Assembly: GCA_963728305.1 (NCBI GenBank)
Contig: CAVSKE010000040.1
Location: 168,752-232,751, forward strand
Source: an uncultured Acidobacteriota bacterium
GTDB lineage: Bacteria; Acidobacteriota; Vicinamibacteria; Vicinamibacterales; UBA2999
Length of the DNA stretch: 64,000 nucleotides
Direction of reading: 5' to 3'
Of the stretch, positions 23,195-34,081 are shown piece after piece (the first letter of the stretch is position 1; each line of letters begins with the position of its first letter). Both the position numbers and the translations under genes were made by a program. The notes below the pieces were generated by a model. It was given only the letters and a program-made list of their open reading frames with translations. It was not told where the DNA came from and did no database searches.

Positions 23195-24790
23195 TCAGGG
23201 TTGGAGCTCGCCACGGAGAGCGACCGAGAACGTCAGCGGCGCCTGACCGCGATGACGAATGACGAACTCCACGGTCATCGATTCGCCGGGCTGAAGCACT
23301 CCGTCGCCAACATCGGGCGACACGGTCGCGCCAACCGCGCCCGCACCGCCGTCGGCGTTGACGAGGACGTCGCGGGCATTGAGTTCCGTGACTTCAAAGA
23401 ATGGAGTCCGGATCGGCATGTCGCTCGTATTGGTGAAAGTTTGAGTGAGGGTGACTCGCCTGCCCTCGGAAGACGCGCCGACCTCGGACGCACTGACCAG
23501 GTCGTCGACAATTCCGTACGCATAGATCGCGCGCTGACAGCCGCCGGTGATGTTGTTCTGCGGGTCACGTGGACACGGATCGAGCCCGTCGCGGATTCCG
23601 TCGTAGTCGACATCGGACACCATCACGCAGCACTACGTTGAGCTCCGGGTCTGGACCCGACGACGCAATCAATGCCGTGTCGCCGCTGATGGAGGCGTGT
23701 GTGAATCGCTGAACCGCCGCCAAATTGGGCCACTCGTCCCCATGCGTTCCGTCCGCTTGGTGGTGGTTGCAGCGGAAGTCCAGACAGTGACGTCAGGATT
23801 CCCTGATTTCGTGCGAGAACATCCACCCATGATCCGGCCGGGCCGCAGTTGACGTAAATGGCGTTGTCGCCGCTAATCGAAATACTCCGGGGAGATCCGC
23901 GACAACGTTCGGAGAGTGGTGGATGGTTCGGCTCCAATCCCCACGCGTTCTCGCCGCCGATGTCGCGGCCGAACACGCTGGTCGTGCAAAAGAACTCGCC
24001 GCCGCCCACGATCGCGATGTCGCCGTCAATCGCCACATCTGTAGGCCGAAAAAACCTGCCAAGGTCTTTCACGAGACCCCAGGTGTCCTCGCCGCCCTCG
24101 TCGCCGCTGTCGAACCGTCCGAAAATGTGTGCGATACCGGTTTCAATCTGAGTAATGCCCCCGACAATCGCCGTATCGCCGCTAATCGCGACTGAGGAGG
24201 CGTAAGCTCCCTGTTCCGACGCGAACCTGGCGACCTCTGTCCACCCGTGACCGCCGCGTCTGGAGTAGATATATGCGACACCTCCCTGAGAACCTTCCTG
24301 CGGCGACACGAGGGGCGCCCCGACGATGGCGTTGGCGCGGTCGATGTCTACACTGGAACCAAACGCCGGATTCCCATCGTCGGGGGCCAGTCGAGTGACC
24401 TCACGCCACTCGGTTCGCCCTCGTGCGGGACGCCGGAACACGTAGGCGGCGCCTTCGGCACCCACAATCGCCCTCTTCCCATCGAAGGCGATCGTTCGTC
24501 CGAACCCCGGTGCGCTATCGCTCGCCATCAGTTGAGCGACCTCTGCCCACGTATCCATCGAAGCGTCGCGCTCAAACACGTGCACGATCCCGTCTTCTGC
24601 CACGACCGCCGTGTCGCCAGCGATCGCCGTGGGTCCCGTCACCGGTAACGTGGCCTGCTGGACGAACGGGCCCGAAGACGGCCTGAGCCGCCGCCCACTC
24701 GGGCGTGGCGCCGATAGCGGCACTCGCCACGACGCCCAACGCCAACACCGCCCGGATGTGCGTTCGTGCGGTGTCTATGAAAAGGCACAT
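23195..24790 (-). pseudogene. Secreted FG-GAP-like repeat (beta-propeller) protein with a thrombospondin-type-3-like Ca-binding motif and a C-terminal beta-sandwich; several frame disruptions
   Basis: AAGGAGGA precedes ATG 24790. Signal peptide: MCLFIDTARTHIRAVLALGVVASAAIGATPEWAAAQ. Repeats of the form AIVGA...G.AYVF / GGVAYIY / IAIVGG occur in ORF 23623-24723. The C-terminal ORF 23195-23626 begins VSDVDYDGIRDGLDPCPRDP. Confidence 0.65.
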
Positions 24791-25183
24791 TGAAGTCCTC
24801 CTTGCCATGAATCCCGATGAACGGTGCGACTTTGCCGCGCTCACGTTAGAGTGCGCCATCGGATCATAGTGGATCAAACTTTCCGGTGTCGCCGTCAAGA
24901 CTGAGACGCCACGAAAGATGAACGAGGTCGGTGCGGCATCGCTCTGCGAGGGGGATCGGGAATGTAAAAGAACCACGATCTTCACGGTTTGGCTCATTGT
25001 CAGCGCGACCGTCCGCGTAAACTGCAAGAAAGACCCTCGGTTCGACTGGCCGTGCAATTGCTTGATCGCCGCGCGCAGCCGTTGCGGCTTCCCCCACGGT
25101 TATTCATTGTTCATCGAGGCGAAAGCATCTAGCCCGCTCACCGGCACGATATGCGTACGCGTGGCTGATTCTGGAGGGGTGTA

Positions 25184-26694
25184 GTGCGTTCATTCACGGT
25201 TCGACTTTCCAAATGTTCTCCTTTGCTCTACGTTTTCGTGATCGCGGCTGTCCTCGCCTTCTTCACGGAACGATCGGCCACCGCGCAGTCGGCTGACTAC
25301 GGCGGCTACCGGCCACATTATCAGGGCTACGGCGTCAACACGCCTGGTGGGCGTGGCGGGACAGTTTGCGTGGTCACAAGCCTGAGTGATACGGCCTGGC
25401 CCGCCGAGCCCGGAACAATCCGCTACTGCGTGGAGGACTCCTCAGGGCCCCGATTCGTCGTTTTCGAAATCAGCGGAACGATCAAGCTGTCTCAAGGCCC
25501 GCTGCACGTCAAGAATCCATACATCACGATTGCTGGTCAAACCGCGCCGTCGCCAGGAATTCTGATCCGCGGACCGGGACTGATCGTGGATACGCACGAT
25601 GTGGTGGTGCAGCACGTTCGCGTCCGCGTCGGCGCCCTATCGTGGGAACCTATTGGCCTCTGGTTGCGTGACGACGCGAACAACGTGGTGATCGACCACG
25701 TTTCGGTGAGTTGGTCCGTTTGGACAAGCGTCGTCATCGCTGCCCTCACGCCTGGTCATCCGCCGGGCGAGATCAGCATCCTCGACTCAATCATCTCCGA
25801 AGCGCTGGCCTGCAGCGGCGTGAATAGTTACGTTCCGTGCGACCCGCAGCTGTACCCTGGAAAAGGAACCTCCAATTCGCGCGCGATGCTTATCGGTGAC
25901 GCGTGGGGCCACCCTGCTCCGTATACTTTGTCGCTGCTGCGAACCATCATGGCGAACAACAACGATCGGCAGCCTGAAATCGGTGGACGGACGCATACGA
26001 TCCTCGTCAACAACCTTATTTACAACCCTTCACAAACGCCATGGTCAGGCGTCCTTTATCAGGACTCGCCGGCCGAGGCCCGACACTCTCTGTTCTCCAG
26101 AGCAACGTGTTGATTCCTGGTCCAACCACTCCGGGCAACAACGGTTACATCGCTCCCGAGTACACGGAAGAAGGCGAGGTCAGAATGGTAAGGGTCGACC
26201 CCACCATTCACACGGACTCCCGAATCTACATGGATGGTAACTTCCATGAAAAGCACTGTCGTGGCACAGCGTGTCAGGTCAGCACCGCCGCGCAATGGAT
26301 GCTCGCAAAGGATTTCAAGATGGACTGGATCGGAGTGAATGTGCACTCGTCCACTCCGCCGTTGGAGTTGTCGAACTTGCCACTCTCTTCGGCTCTACCC
26401 TACATCGGGGTGGAGAGTTCCCTGCTGGCCAATGCCGGAGCACGCCCGCTCGATCGGGACGCTGTCGATCAGCGGATCATCAACGAAATCGCGAACCGAA
26501 CCGGAAGCGTGCCGAACAGTCCGGCTGAAAAAGCCGGTCCGGGTACAGGAGAGGACGGTTTCCCGATCCTTGCTGTCAACTCAAGGGCGCTCACGGTTCC
26601 AGAGAACCCGCATGAGGTCATTGATGCTGTCGGGCGGACGCGCATCGAAGCGTGGCTCGAGGCATTCGCCAGCGAGCTGGAGGCGGCCAAATAG
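25184..26694 (+). CDS. Secreted pectate-lyase-superfamily (PL1-like, right-handed beta-helix) protein, tandem copy 1 (one frame change near 26060-26100)
   Basis: GGAGG precedes GTG 25184, and a signal peptide follows. DYGGYRPHYQGYGVNTPGGRGG...GTIRYCVEDSSGPRFVVFEISGTIKL...YITIAGQTAPSPGILIRG...NNVVIDHVSVSW...NNNDRQPEIGGRTHTILVNNLIYN (R-x-P...H..NN motif). The C-terminal part in ORF 26041-26694 reads NAGARPLDRDAVDQRIINEIANRTG. Confidence 0.8.
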
Positions 26695-26786
26695 GAGCAA
26701 GGCACTGCGCCGCACGACACGAACGAGATCGTCCAGAAGTGTAGCCGCTCGTCCCGTATCACTCACGCGCGCACTGTTACTCCTCT

Positions 26787-26817
26787 CACAGAGGCAGGTC
26801 GGAGACCCGCCTCTGTG
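26787..26817 (+). terminator. Stem-loop after lyase copy 1
   Basis: CACAGAGGC-(13 nt)-GCCTCTGTG, followed within 20 nt by GGGTTTTGCTTTT. Confidence 0.45.
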
Positions 26818-26997
26818 AATGTAAATGGGTTTTGCTTTTCAGCCGAGAATCGCGAAAACTACTGAGAGCGCAGGTCGAGACAGCACTCCAGACGCGGACG
26901 CCGAGTGTTAATGCGCATTCCGAGGGTAGCGAATGGGTCGCCTCGCGCTTTCCGAGAGCGCGCGAGGCGAGTGCTCAGTCACAGGGAGGGCTCGGTC

Positions 26998-28495
26998 GTG
27001 AACTCCAGGCCGTGCGACCGCTCGAAGCAGATCGCCTTTCTCGTCGCTACCGTCTTGCTGTTGTCCAATTCCTTCGCGACGGGACGGTCGGTCGACTACG
27101 GCGGGTATCGGCCGCACTACCAAGGCTATGGCGTCAACACGCCAGGTGGACGGGGCGGAGAGGTATGCAGAGTCACGAGCCTCAGCGACTCGGTCTGGCC
27201 GCCGCAACCGGGCACACTGCGCTACTGTGTCGAGGCGTCCACAGGCCCGCGATTCGTTCTCTTCGAGATCAGCGGCACGATTCGGCTCGTGCAGGGGCCA
27301 CTCATCGTCAGGCATCCGTACATTACGATTGCCGGGCAATCGGCGCCATCGCCAGGAATCGTGATCCGCGGCCCTGGCGTCATCGTCGATACACACGACG
27401 TGGTCGTGCAACACGTTCGAATCCGCGTCGGAAACCTGCCGAATGAACCGCATGGCCTCTGGATGCGGGATGATGCTCGGAACGTCGTCATCGATCACGT
27501 CTCGGTGAGCTGGTCCGTCTGGACGAGCGTCGCCATCGCCGCCCTTACTCCTGGCCACCCCCCCGGCAACATCAGCATTCTCGACTCGATTGTTGCAGAA
27601 GCGCTGGCCTGCAGCGGCGTGAATACTTTTGTCCCGTGCGACCCGCGGTCCTATCCGAGGACGGGGAATTCCAATTCGCGCGCGCTCCGGGTCGGAGACC
27701 ATTGGGGTCACCCCGATCCGTACGCCGTTAGCTTTCTCAGAAACATTCTTGCGAACAACAACGACCGGCACCCGGAAATCGACGGCCGAACGCACACGAT
27801 TTTGGTCAACAATCTCATCTACAATCCGTCGCAAACACCGTGGTCCGCGATCTACTTCGTCGACACGTTCGGTGAAGGCACGACCCTCTCTGTCATCAAG
27901 GGGAATGTGCTGATTTCCGGCCCGACCACACCGGGCCGCAACGGATACATTCCGCCGGAGTATGCGGACGAAGGCGAACTTCGGATGGTCCGGGTCGACC
28001 CAACAGTTGACGACAACGCGCGGATCTATCTCTGACGGAAACTTCTATGCGGCGCACTGCAACGGTCTGGCCTGTTTAGCCAACCCCGGCGCGCAATGGA
28101 TGCTGGCCAGAGATTTCAAGATGGATTGGTTTGGCGTGAGCGTGCGCGCCTCTGCCCCGCCACTTCAACTCGCGAATCTGCCGCTGTCGTCCGCGTTGCC
28201 ACAGACGATCGTGGAATCGCAACTGAGACTGAATGCCGGCGCACGCCCGCTGGACCGCGATGCAGTAGATAGGCGAATCATCAGCGAGATCGCGACTCGA
28301 ACAGGAAGGGTGCCGAATGATCCGGCCGAAAGGGCGGGTGCTGGTACGGCGGCGGACGGCTTCCCGATCCTTGCCGGGAACCGGCGGCCCCTCACGCTGC
28401 CAGCGAACCCACACGAAGTCGTCGACGCGGTGGGACGGACGCGGATCGAGGCTTGGCTCGAGGTGTTCGCCCGAAACTTGGAGCCCGCCAACTAG
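26998..28495 (+). CDS. Secreted PL1-like lyase, tandem copy 2 (one frame change near 28030)
   Basis: GGGAGGG precedes GTG 26998 (VNSRPCDRSKQIAFLVATVLLLSNSFA). It has the same motif set as copy 1 and looks about 85 percent identical at the nucleotide level in the aligned stretches I compared by eye. The C-terminal part lies in ORF 27962-28495. Confidence 0.8.
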
Positions 28496-29070
28496 ACTCG
28501 TCTTCTGCAATCGTGTAACCGGTCCGCCGCACCATGTCCTGCTCGTTCGCGAATCGCCGTCGCGCGCGACGAGTAGCTCGTCGCGAGACACGGCCGTAAT
28601 CTTCCTGGCGCCGCCGACCGATACAGGATGAACCGAGGCTTTCGAGGAGCTTGGATCTCCCGACAGCTGCTCCCTTGACGGGCAGAATGTTGTTCCCAGG
28701 ATTCATAGAAGACACACTGCGCTCGGCGCAGTGTTTCCCGACCGCCGCGGACGATGGGCGGCTCATACCCGTCGCACGTCCGCCGGTCTACAAAGGACGC
28801 GTGACATCAGGAACCGTGGGCTAAGAGCTTTTCAAGGTGACCATGGCAACCTCGAGCAACGGCTGTTCAGCAACTAACGAATTCGTGATTGGCCGACGGA
28901 ATTTTGAACATCGGCGGAGCAGGTAACTGTTCGACCGTCTGCCGTCTCCGTGAAACGGTGTGCAGGTTCGAGAACGCCGATAAGCCCGCGCTCATGGATC
29001 CACCCTGCTCTGCTGCTCGCACTCATTGCGTAAACTGTTTCCCCCAGGACAAGGATCCAGAGGAGGCTCC

Positions 29071-30635
29071 GTGCGGTTCGAGTTCGCTCGTCGTATCAGA
29101 CGAGTCACCATCGCAGTGACGATGATGGCGCTCGTTCAGGTTTCGGTGATTCACGCCGCTGAGCCGGTCGACTACGGCGGGTATCGACCGCACTACCAGG
29201 GATACGGCGTGAACACGCCGGGAGGCCGCGGTGGCGCGATCCTCAGGGTGACGAACGTCAACGACAGCGGAACGGGATCGGCTGCGCGCCGCGCTCGAGG
29301 CCACCGGCCCGCGCTTCGTGATCTTCGAGACCAGCGGCACCATCGCATTGAAGACGCCGATCTTCATCACCAGTCCCTTCGTGACGATCGCCGGCCAGAC
29401 TGCCCCCTCGCCAGGAATCAACCTCCGCAACTTCGGGATCTACGTCGACACGCACGACGTCGTGATTCAGCACATCCGGATTCGCGAAGGCGACACCCAC
29501 CAACCCACGCCTGGCAATTACTATTCGCTTGCCGTCGGAACCAACGGCGCCCACAACGTCGTGATCGATCACGTGTCGATCGGTTGGGCAATGTATACAG
29601 GGGTTCGCGGCCCTCAATTACCTGGGCGGCACGCCGCATCCCACGCGCGTCGCGCTGCTCGACTCGCTGATCGCCTATTCACTCTCGAAGAATCACCAGT
29701 ACTACACGGGCTACGGCGCGGGCATGGGCCACCAGGGCTGCATGGTCTCCACCTGCGATGTACACGTACGCCAGAAACTTGTTCGTGCACAACAGCTATC
29801 GACAGCCGACTCGTGGGCGTCGGCCGCGTCAACGTCGTCAACAACGTCGTCTACGGCTCGGGCCCGTGGTCAACGATGGATGACCAGTGGGGATTCCTGA
29901 CGTACTGGCAGAACCAGTCCGAGCCGGACTATGCGTGGGCGAACCGAAATCCCTGGGTCGGCTCGCAGGCAGCGATCGTGAACACGCTGACGATCCCGTC
30001 GACTGGAACCGGCCAAGGCGCAACTGCGGGAAGCGGCGTCGGTCAGAAGACCTTCAGCTTTGATTTCGCGCTGAACAACATGCAGAACCAGGACACAAAG
30101 GTCTGGCTGTCAGGCAACCGCGGTCCAGGCATCTCGGGACCGACAGGACAAGGTCAAAAGGACGGAATCTCCTGGGTGACGTCCCGCGGCGGCGCGACTT
30201 TTCCAAGGCCGATCATCTGGTACGCGTCGGAGCCGTCGTGGTACTCCGCGATGAACTTCATGACGATATCCGCTGACAACGTGGCCGACTACGTCTTCGC
30301 GCAGGCAGGCGCTCGCCCCCTCGATCGAGACTCGCTCGATGTGACAGCCGTAACACTGCGAGGGCCGGCCTCGTCGGCGACAGGGCGAACATGGGGTCGC
30401 GCGTCACCTCACCGACGGAGATGGGCGGACAGATCACGCTCCCGCAGAACGTCCGGCCGCTTCAGGTTCCCGCAAATCCGCACGCGGTCGCGCCCGGACA
30501 GACTTTCGGACCAATATCGAGGTCTGGCTGGAGTCGATGGCGCGAGCGTTGGAGCCGGGATCGGCAGTGCCGAGCGCGCCGCCGAGCGCGCCGCCAGGCG
30601 CGCCGAAGGCCGTGCGTCTCACCAAGGGGGAGTGA
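29071..30635 (+). pseudogene. PL1-like lyase, tandem copy 3 (divergent; at least four frame disruptions)
   Basis: AGGAGG precedes GTG 29071 (VRFEFARRIRRVTIAVTMMALVQVSVIHA). VDYGGYRPHYQGYGVNTPGGRGGAILRVTNVNDSG / FVIFETSGTIALKTPIFITSPFVTIAGQTAPSPGINLRNFGIYV...NVVIDHVSIGW / ...YRQP...VNVVNNVVYG / AGARPLDRDSLD / ...NIEVWLESMARALEPGSAVPSAPPSAPPGAPKAVRLTKGE* (stop 30633-30635). Confidence 0.7.
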
Positions 30636-30853
30636 GAGCGCGATTCACGGGGCTTCGAAATCTGCTGATCAGCTCACTTCACCTTGCTGGCCGCCGTGGC
30701 GAGGGCTGGGGACGCCTCGGCGCATCCGTCGCGCCTTCGCTGTGGCCAGTGTGCGCCGCCCGAGCAGGCCGAGCACCAGGACTGCACAGGCATGCTGAGC
30801 AATCCGGCGACGCACGATATACCCAGGGCGGCACGACACGCATTTTGGCGACG

Positions 30854-31320
30854 ATGCGATGGAAAGCGGCTGCGATGCGGCAGATCATCGCGCGTATCTC
30901 GACAAGGAGTCGACCCGGCGCCTATGCCGACGTGGGCGCCGGCTACGGCGGTCGTTCGTCGCGCCTGGTCGGCGAGCTGCGGGAGGCGGGACTGCCGGTG
31001 ACCGCAGCGTCGCGCACCACGGCGGGGCGTTTGATGACGCCGATGGTGGCAGTGCATCCCGACCGGTCGTTCCGTCACGAGGACTTCCTCGCCGGGGATC
31101 GAGCGGTTCGACCTCGTCACGCTCAATGACGTCGTGGAGCACGTGCCGTCGCCGGAGAGGTTCCTGTCAGTGGTCGCAACGGCGCACGCGGTATGTCGCG
31201 CTGCACATCCCGCTCGACGACCGGCTGAGCGTCCTGCTGGCAGATCAGTTCAATTTTCGTCTCGAACCGCGTAGGGCACATCAGCTTCTGGAGCCCGGCG
31301 AGCGCGCTCACGATGCCTGA
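30854..31320 (+). pseudogene. Class I SAM-dependent methyltransferase, frame-disrupted; 3' end uncertain
   Basis: MRWKAAAMRQIIARI...YADVGAGYGG (motif I), then about 57 aa later, in another frame, IERFDLVTLNDVVEHVPSPERFL, then RYVALHIPLDDRLSVLLADQFNFRLEP and GHISFWSPASALTM. Both boundaries are approximate. Confidence 0.45.
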
Positions 31321-31419
31321 CTCATCTGTCGTTCCACGCAGCGCCGGTACAAGCGGGGCTCAAGGCACCGTCCGTCGAGACGGCATGAAGCGGCACCCGT
31401 CGTCGTTTCGCAAGGCCGA

Positions 31420-31730
31420 ATGTGACCGATCTCGGTCAACGCGTCCGGTGGCAGCTCATCGTCGCTATGCCAGGCACGATCGCTGCGCCGCGGCGCATGC
31501 TCGACAGCCGGGATTCCGCGCCAGCGGTCACACCGACGGTTAACGCGCTGGACGCACACCGCGAGCGCGGCCGACCATCCTGGAAACGCATCCAGGTGTC
31601 AAGTGCGAGTCCGTCATCGACGACGATGACCTCGAAGGACGGATGGCGCTGCCGCAGGCAGCTCTCGATGGCGCGGCCGACGAGCTATCGCCGCTGACGG
31701 TATCGCAGTGAAAGGCGACTCGACGATCAT
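31420..31730 (-). pseudogene. 5' fragment of a family-2 glycosyltransferase (truncated, frame-disrupted)
   Basis: ATG 31730 overlaps the upstream methyltransferase stop (ATGA). Different frames give AIESCLRQRHPSFEVIVVDDG and, further on, WHSDDELPPDALTEI (DxD region). No GT2-like sequence continues below ~31400, where the convergent plus-strand methyltransferase ends. Confidence 0.5.
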
Positions 31731-32728
31731 GCAACGTCGACTCGTACGACTCGTGAACGTCGTCGGGCTGTTAGCACGTGCGCCCCGCGATAGGTCGGGA
31801 CGATCTCCCGCGGCTCGAGGCGGCGATCGGTCCGGCGACCCAGAAAGAACACGGCGCTCGGTCCGTCCATCACGAACTTCTCGTCGGTGAAGCGATCGAA
31901 GGTACTGCAGCCAGAAGAACAGTCCCGCCACGACGTTTCCGATTCGGTAGCTTCGGAAGAGCGATGCGACGAGATACCGGATCGACCAAAGCAGGACGGT
32001 TGCCGGCCCACGAGTCGCGCCAGACGAGATCTCCTCGAAGTCGCGAAACAGCCACCGGTGGCCCGTTGGAGTAAACCGCGTGAAGTCGAACGCGCCCTCG
32101 TGCACCTGTTGCATGAAGGGCGTCTCGGCGTATGACGTACCCACCGTCGCCGAGGATCCGATGGATTTCTTCGACGACGCGGTGAGGCTCCAGTACGTGC
32201 TCGAGCACTGCCTGCACCCACACTCCGTCGAACGAGCCATCGGCAAACGGCAGCTGATGACCGTCCGCCACGACAGCCGTCAACTCGCTGCGATAAATGT
32301 CCGTCCCGACAATCCTGACGCTCGGGTCCTCATACAACGCCGCCGCGCCGCTGCCGACCACCGCACCGCCGACAACGAGAACGACGGGATGTGGCGATCT
32401 CGCCTTGAGCCGCGCCAGAAACTCCTCGGCATTGGCGGCCGACGGCGCGGGGGACGTCGTCAGACGGGACGTCAGCCTCGTCAGCAACGAAGGGTCACGT
32501 CGTTTGGTCGAGGCCGCACCCGTCCGCATGATCCAGTCGCGATCGACAATCGAACGATCGAAATCGATCAGAATGGGCGTCTCGCCAAGGACCGGGAAAC
32601 CACGCGTCGCGTAGTCGCACTCGGACGAGGTGCAGCAAAGCATGCGGCCGCCGGTCCCGTCCGCAGATCTCCTCCACGCGCGCACGGCACCGCGGGCATC
32701 TGAGCAGCGCCAGCAGATCGGATTTCAC
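31727..32728 (-). pseudogene. Class I SAM-dependent methyltransferase with an N-terminal Trm112-like zinc-ribbon segment (about three frame disruptions)
   Basis: LLALLRCPRCRA / GRMLCCTSSECDYATRGFPVLGETPILIDF...VVLVVGGAVVGSGAAALYED...LPFADGSFDGVWVQAVLEHVLEPHRVVEEIHRILGDGGYV / YAETPFMQQVHEGAFDFTRFTPTGHRWLF... / FVMDGPSAVFFLGRR. The start (GTG 32728) is tentative. Confidence 0.65.
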
Positions 32729-33001
32729 GGCTGTCGAGGCCCGTGACGACGTCGCTCCGCTCGCGAGCGGACGGAGCACCCATCGGTCCTGCGGCAGAAT
32801 CGTGATCGCCGGCGGCGTAGCGCTCAGCGGCGTGCATCGTGAGTGTCGCAGACTCCACGCTGCGGGGAAACCAGCTTGCGATAACAATCTGCACAGTGCT
32901 GGCGGCAGACTCCCTGTCCTCTGTTCATGTCGGCGGGATGACCGGACGCGATGATCGTTCGCCTCATGATGCGTCGCCACTCGGTCGCTCTTACGCGACC
33001 G

Positions 33002-34075
33002 TCAGTGCGTCAGTTCACGATACGCGGGGAAGAACGTTCCCGGCGCCAGGCCGGCGCCCGGCGTGCGGCCAGCTCGGGCGAGGAGCTCATCGTATGCGGT
33101 CGCGTCGAGCACGAGGCGCCAGGTGCGAAACGGGAACGTCTGCGGCGAGAATCCGAGCTTGAAGTGGAACAGCGAGTCCCGCCCGCCGCCAACACCGCCG
33201 CCAAGGTGCAGCCATCGATTGCCGCGCTGCTTGAACCATTCCGCTGCCTGGTGGAACAGCAACTTGATCGGGTTGCCTGGCAGGAACCGATCGAACGTGC
33301 CGCCAAGGTGGTACTGGACAATTCCCTGGCATTCAGTGAACAACGCTCCAGCAACCACCTCTGCGCCTGACCGCACGGTCCACAGATGAATGTGTCCACG
33401 CAGCGCATCACGCAGTTCGACGAAATAGTCCTCGGGGAACAGGTAGTAGGATGTGGCTCCAACTCGCGCCATCGTTTCGCGATAGGCGTCCATGAACGCT
33501 GGGAGCGCCGACCACGTCGGATCGATGTCGGCGGTCTCGCCCCGCGCTCTGGCCTTGGTTACGTCACGCCGATGGTTGGGCCGCATTTGCTTCCAGAGCA
33601 TCTGCTCCGGGAGCGACAGGTCGATCGCCACCGTATCGCCCGACTCGATTACCGGCCCGAAGCGGCTCAACACCGCCGGATCCAGAGCAAAAAGAGGGTG
33701 CAGCCGAAAGAATGCGGCCACGATTCGTTCGCTGGCCAGGCGGGCGACCATCGCCTCGAGCGCACGGTGCAAGAACGATTCGTGTTCGTCGCCTGTGGAC
33801 CCGGCACCAAAGAAGATCATCGGACCCGGGTAGCCGTACGGCACCGTGGCGTCACGAGCCGTGCCTCCAGCGCACAGCGGTGATGGCACCTCGCGAAGGA
33901 TGAGGGGCACAAAGAGCGTGCAATCGCCATCCGTGGCAACAAACCCGCTCGCCTCGCCGCTATCCAGGCGGCTACACAGCCGGGCATACCCGGGAAAGTG
34001 GTACACGTCGTGCGGAACCGCGCGAAGGGCTTGCGCCCAGACGTCGCTGTCGGGCGAGACGAGAAACGTGTGCAT
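33002..34075 (-). CDS. FemAB-like / GNAT (Acetyltransf_6) family protein of the type associated with PEP-CTERM EPS loci
   Basis: Intact 357-aa ORF. HDVYHFPGYARLC...; LLFHQAAEWFKQRGNRWLHLGGGVGGGRDSLFHFKLGFS. Confidence 0.72.
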   Translation of the reverse strand: MHTFLVSPDSDVWAQALRAVPHDVYHFPGYARLCSRLDSGEASGFVATDGDCTLFVPLILREVPSPLCAGGTARDATVPYGYPGPMIFFGAGSTGDEHESFLHRALEAMVARLASERIVAAFFRLHPLFALDPAVLSRFGPVIESGDTVAIDLSLPEQMLWKQMRPNHRRDVTKARARGETADIDPTWSALPAFMDAYRETMARVGATSYYLFPEDYFVELRDALRGHIHLWTVRSGAEVVAGALFTECQGIVQYHLGGTFDRFLPGNPIKLLFHQAAEWFKQRGNRWLHLGGGVGGGRDSLFHFKLGFSPQTFPFRTWRLVLDATAYDELLARAGRTPGAGLAPGTFFPAYRELTH

Positions 34076-34081
34076 CGACGG

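Noticed and set aside
24791-25183. 88-aa ORF 24918-25184 and possible riboswitch or sRNA in the 393-bp region upstream of lyase copy 1
   Set aside because: The ORF has no SD sequence and no motif. I could not recognise any known RNA family by eye. It is treated as a promoter/5' region only.
29318-31129. 603-aa plus-strand ORF that looks like one large protein
   Set aside because: It is a chimeric read-through. Only segments of it match the lyase copy 3 reading (others are out of frame). Its last part runs across the intergenic gap into the methyltransferase N-terminus (YADVGAGYGG). It is not a single gene.
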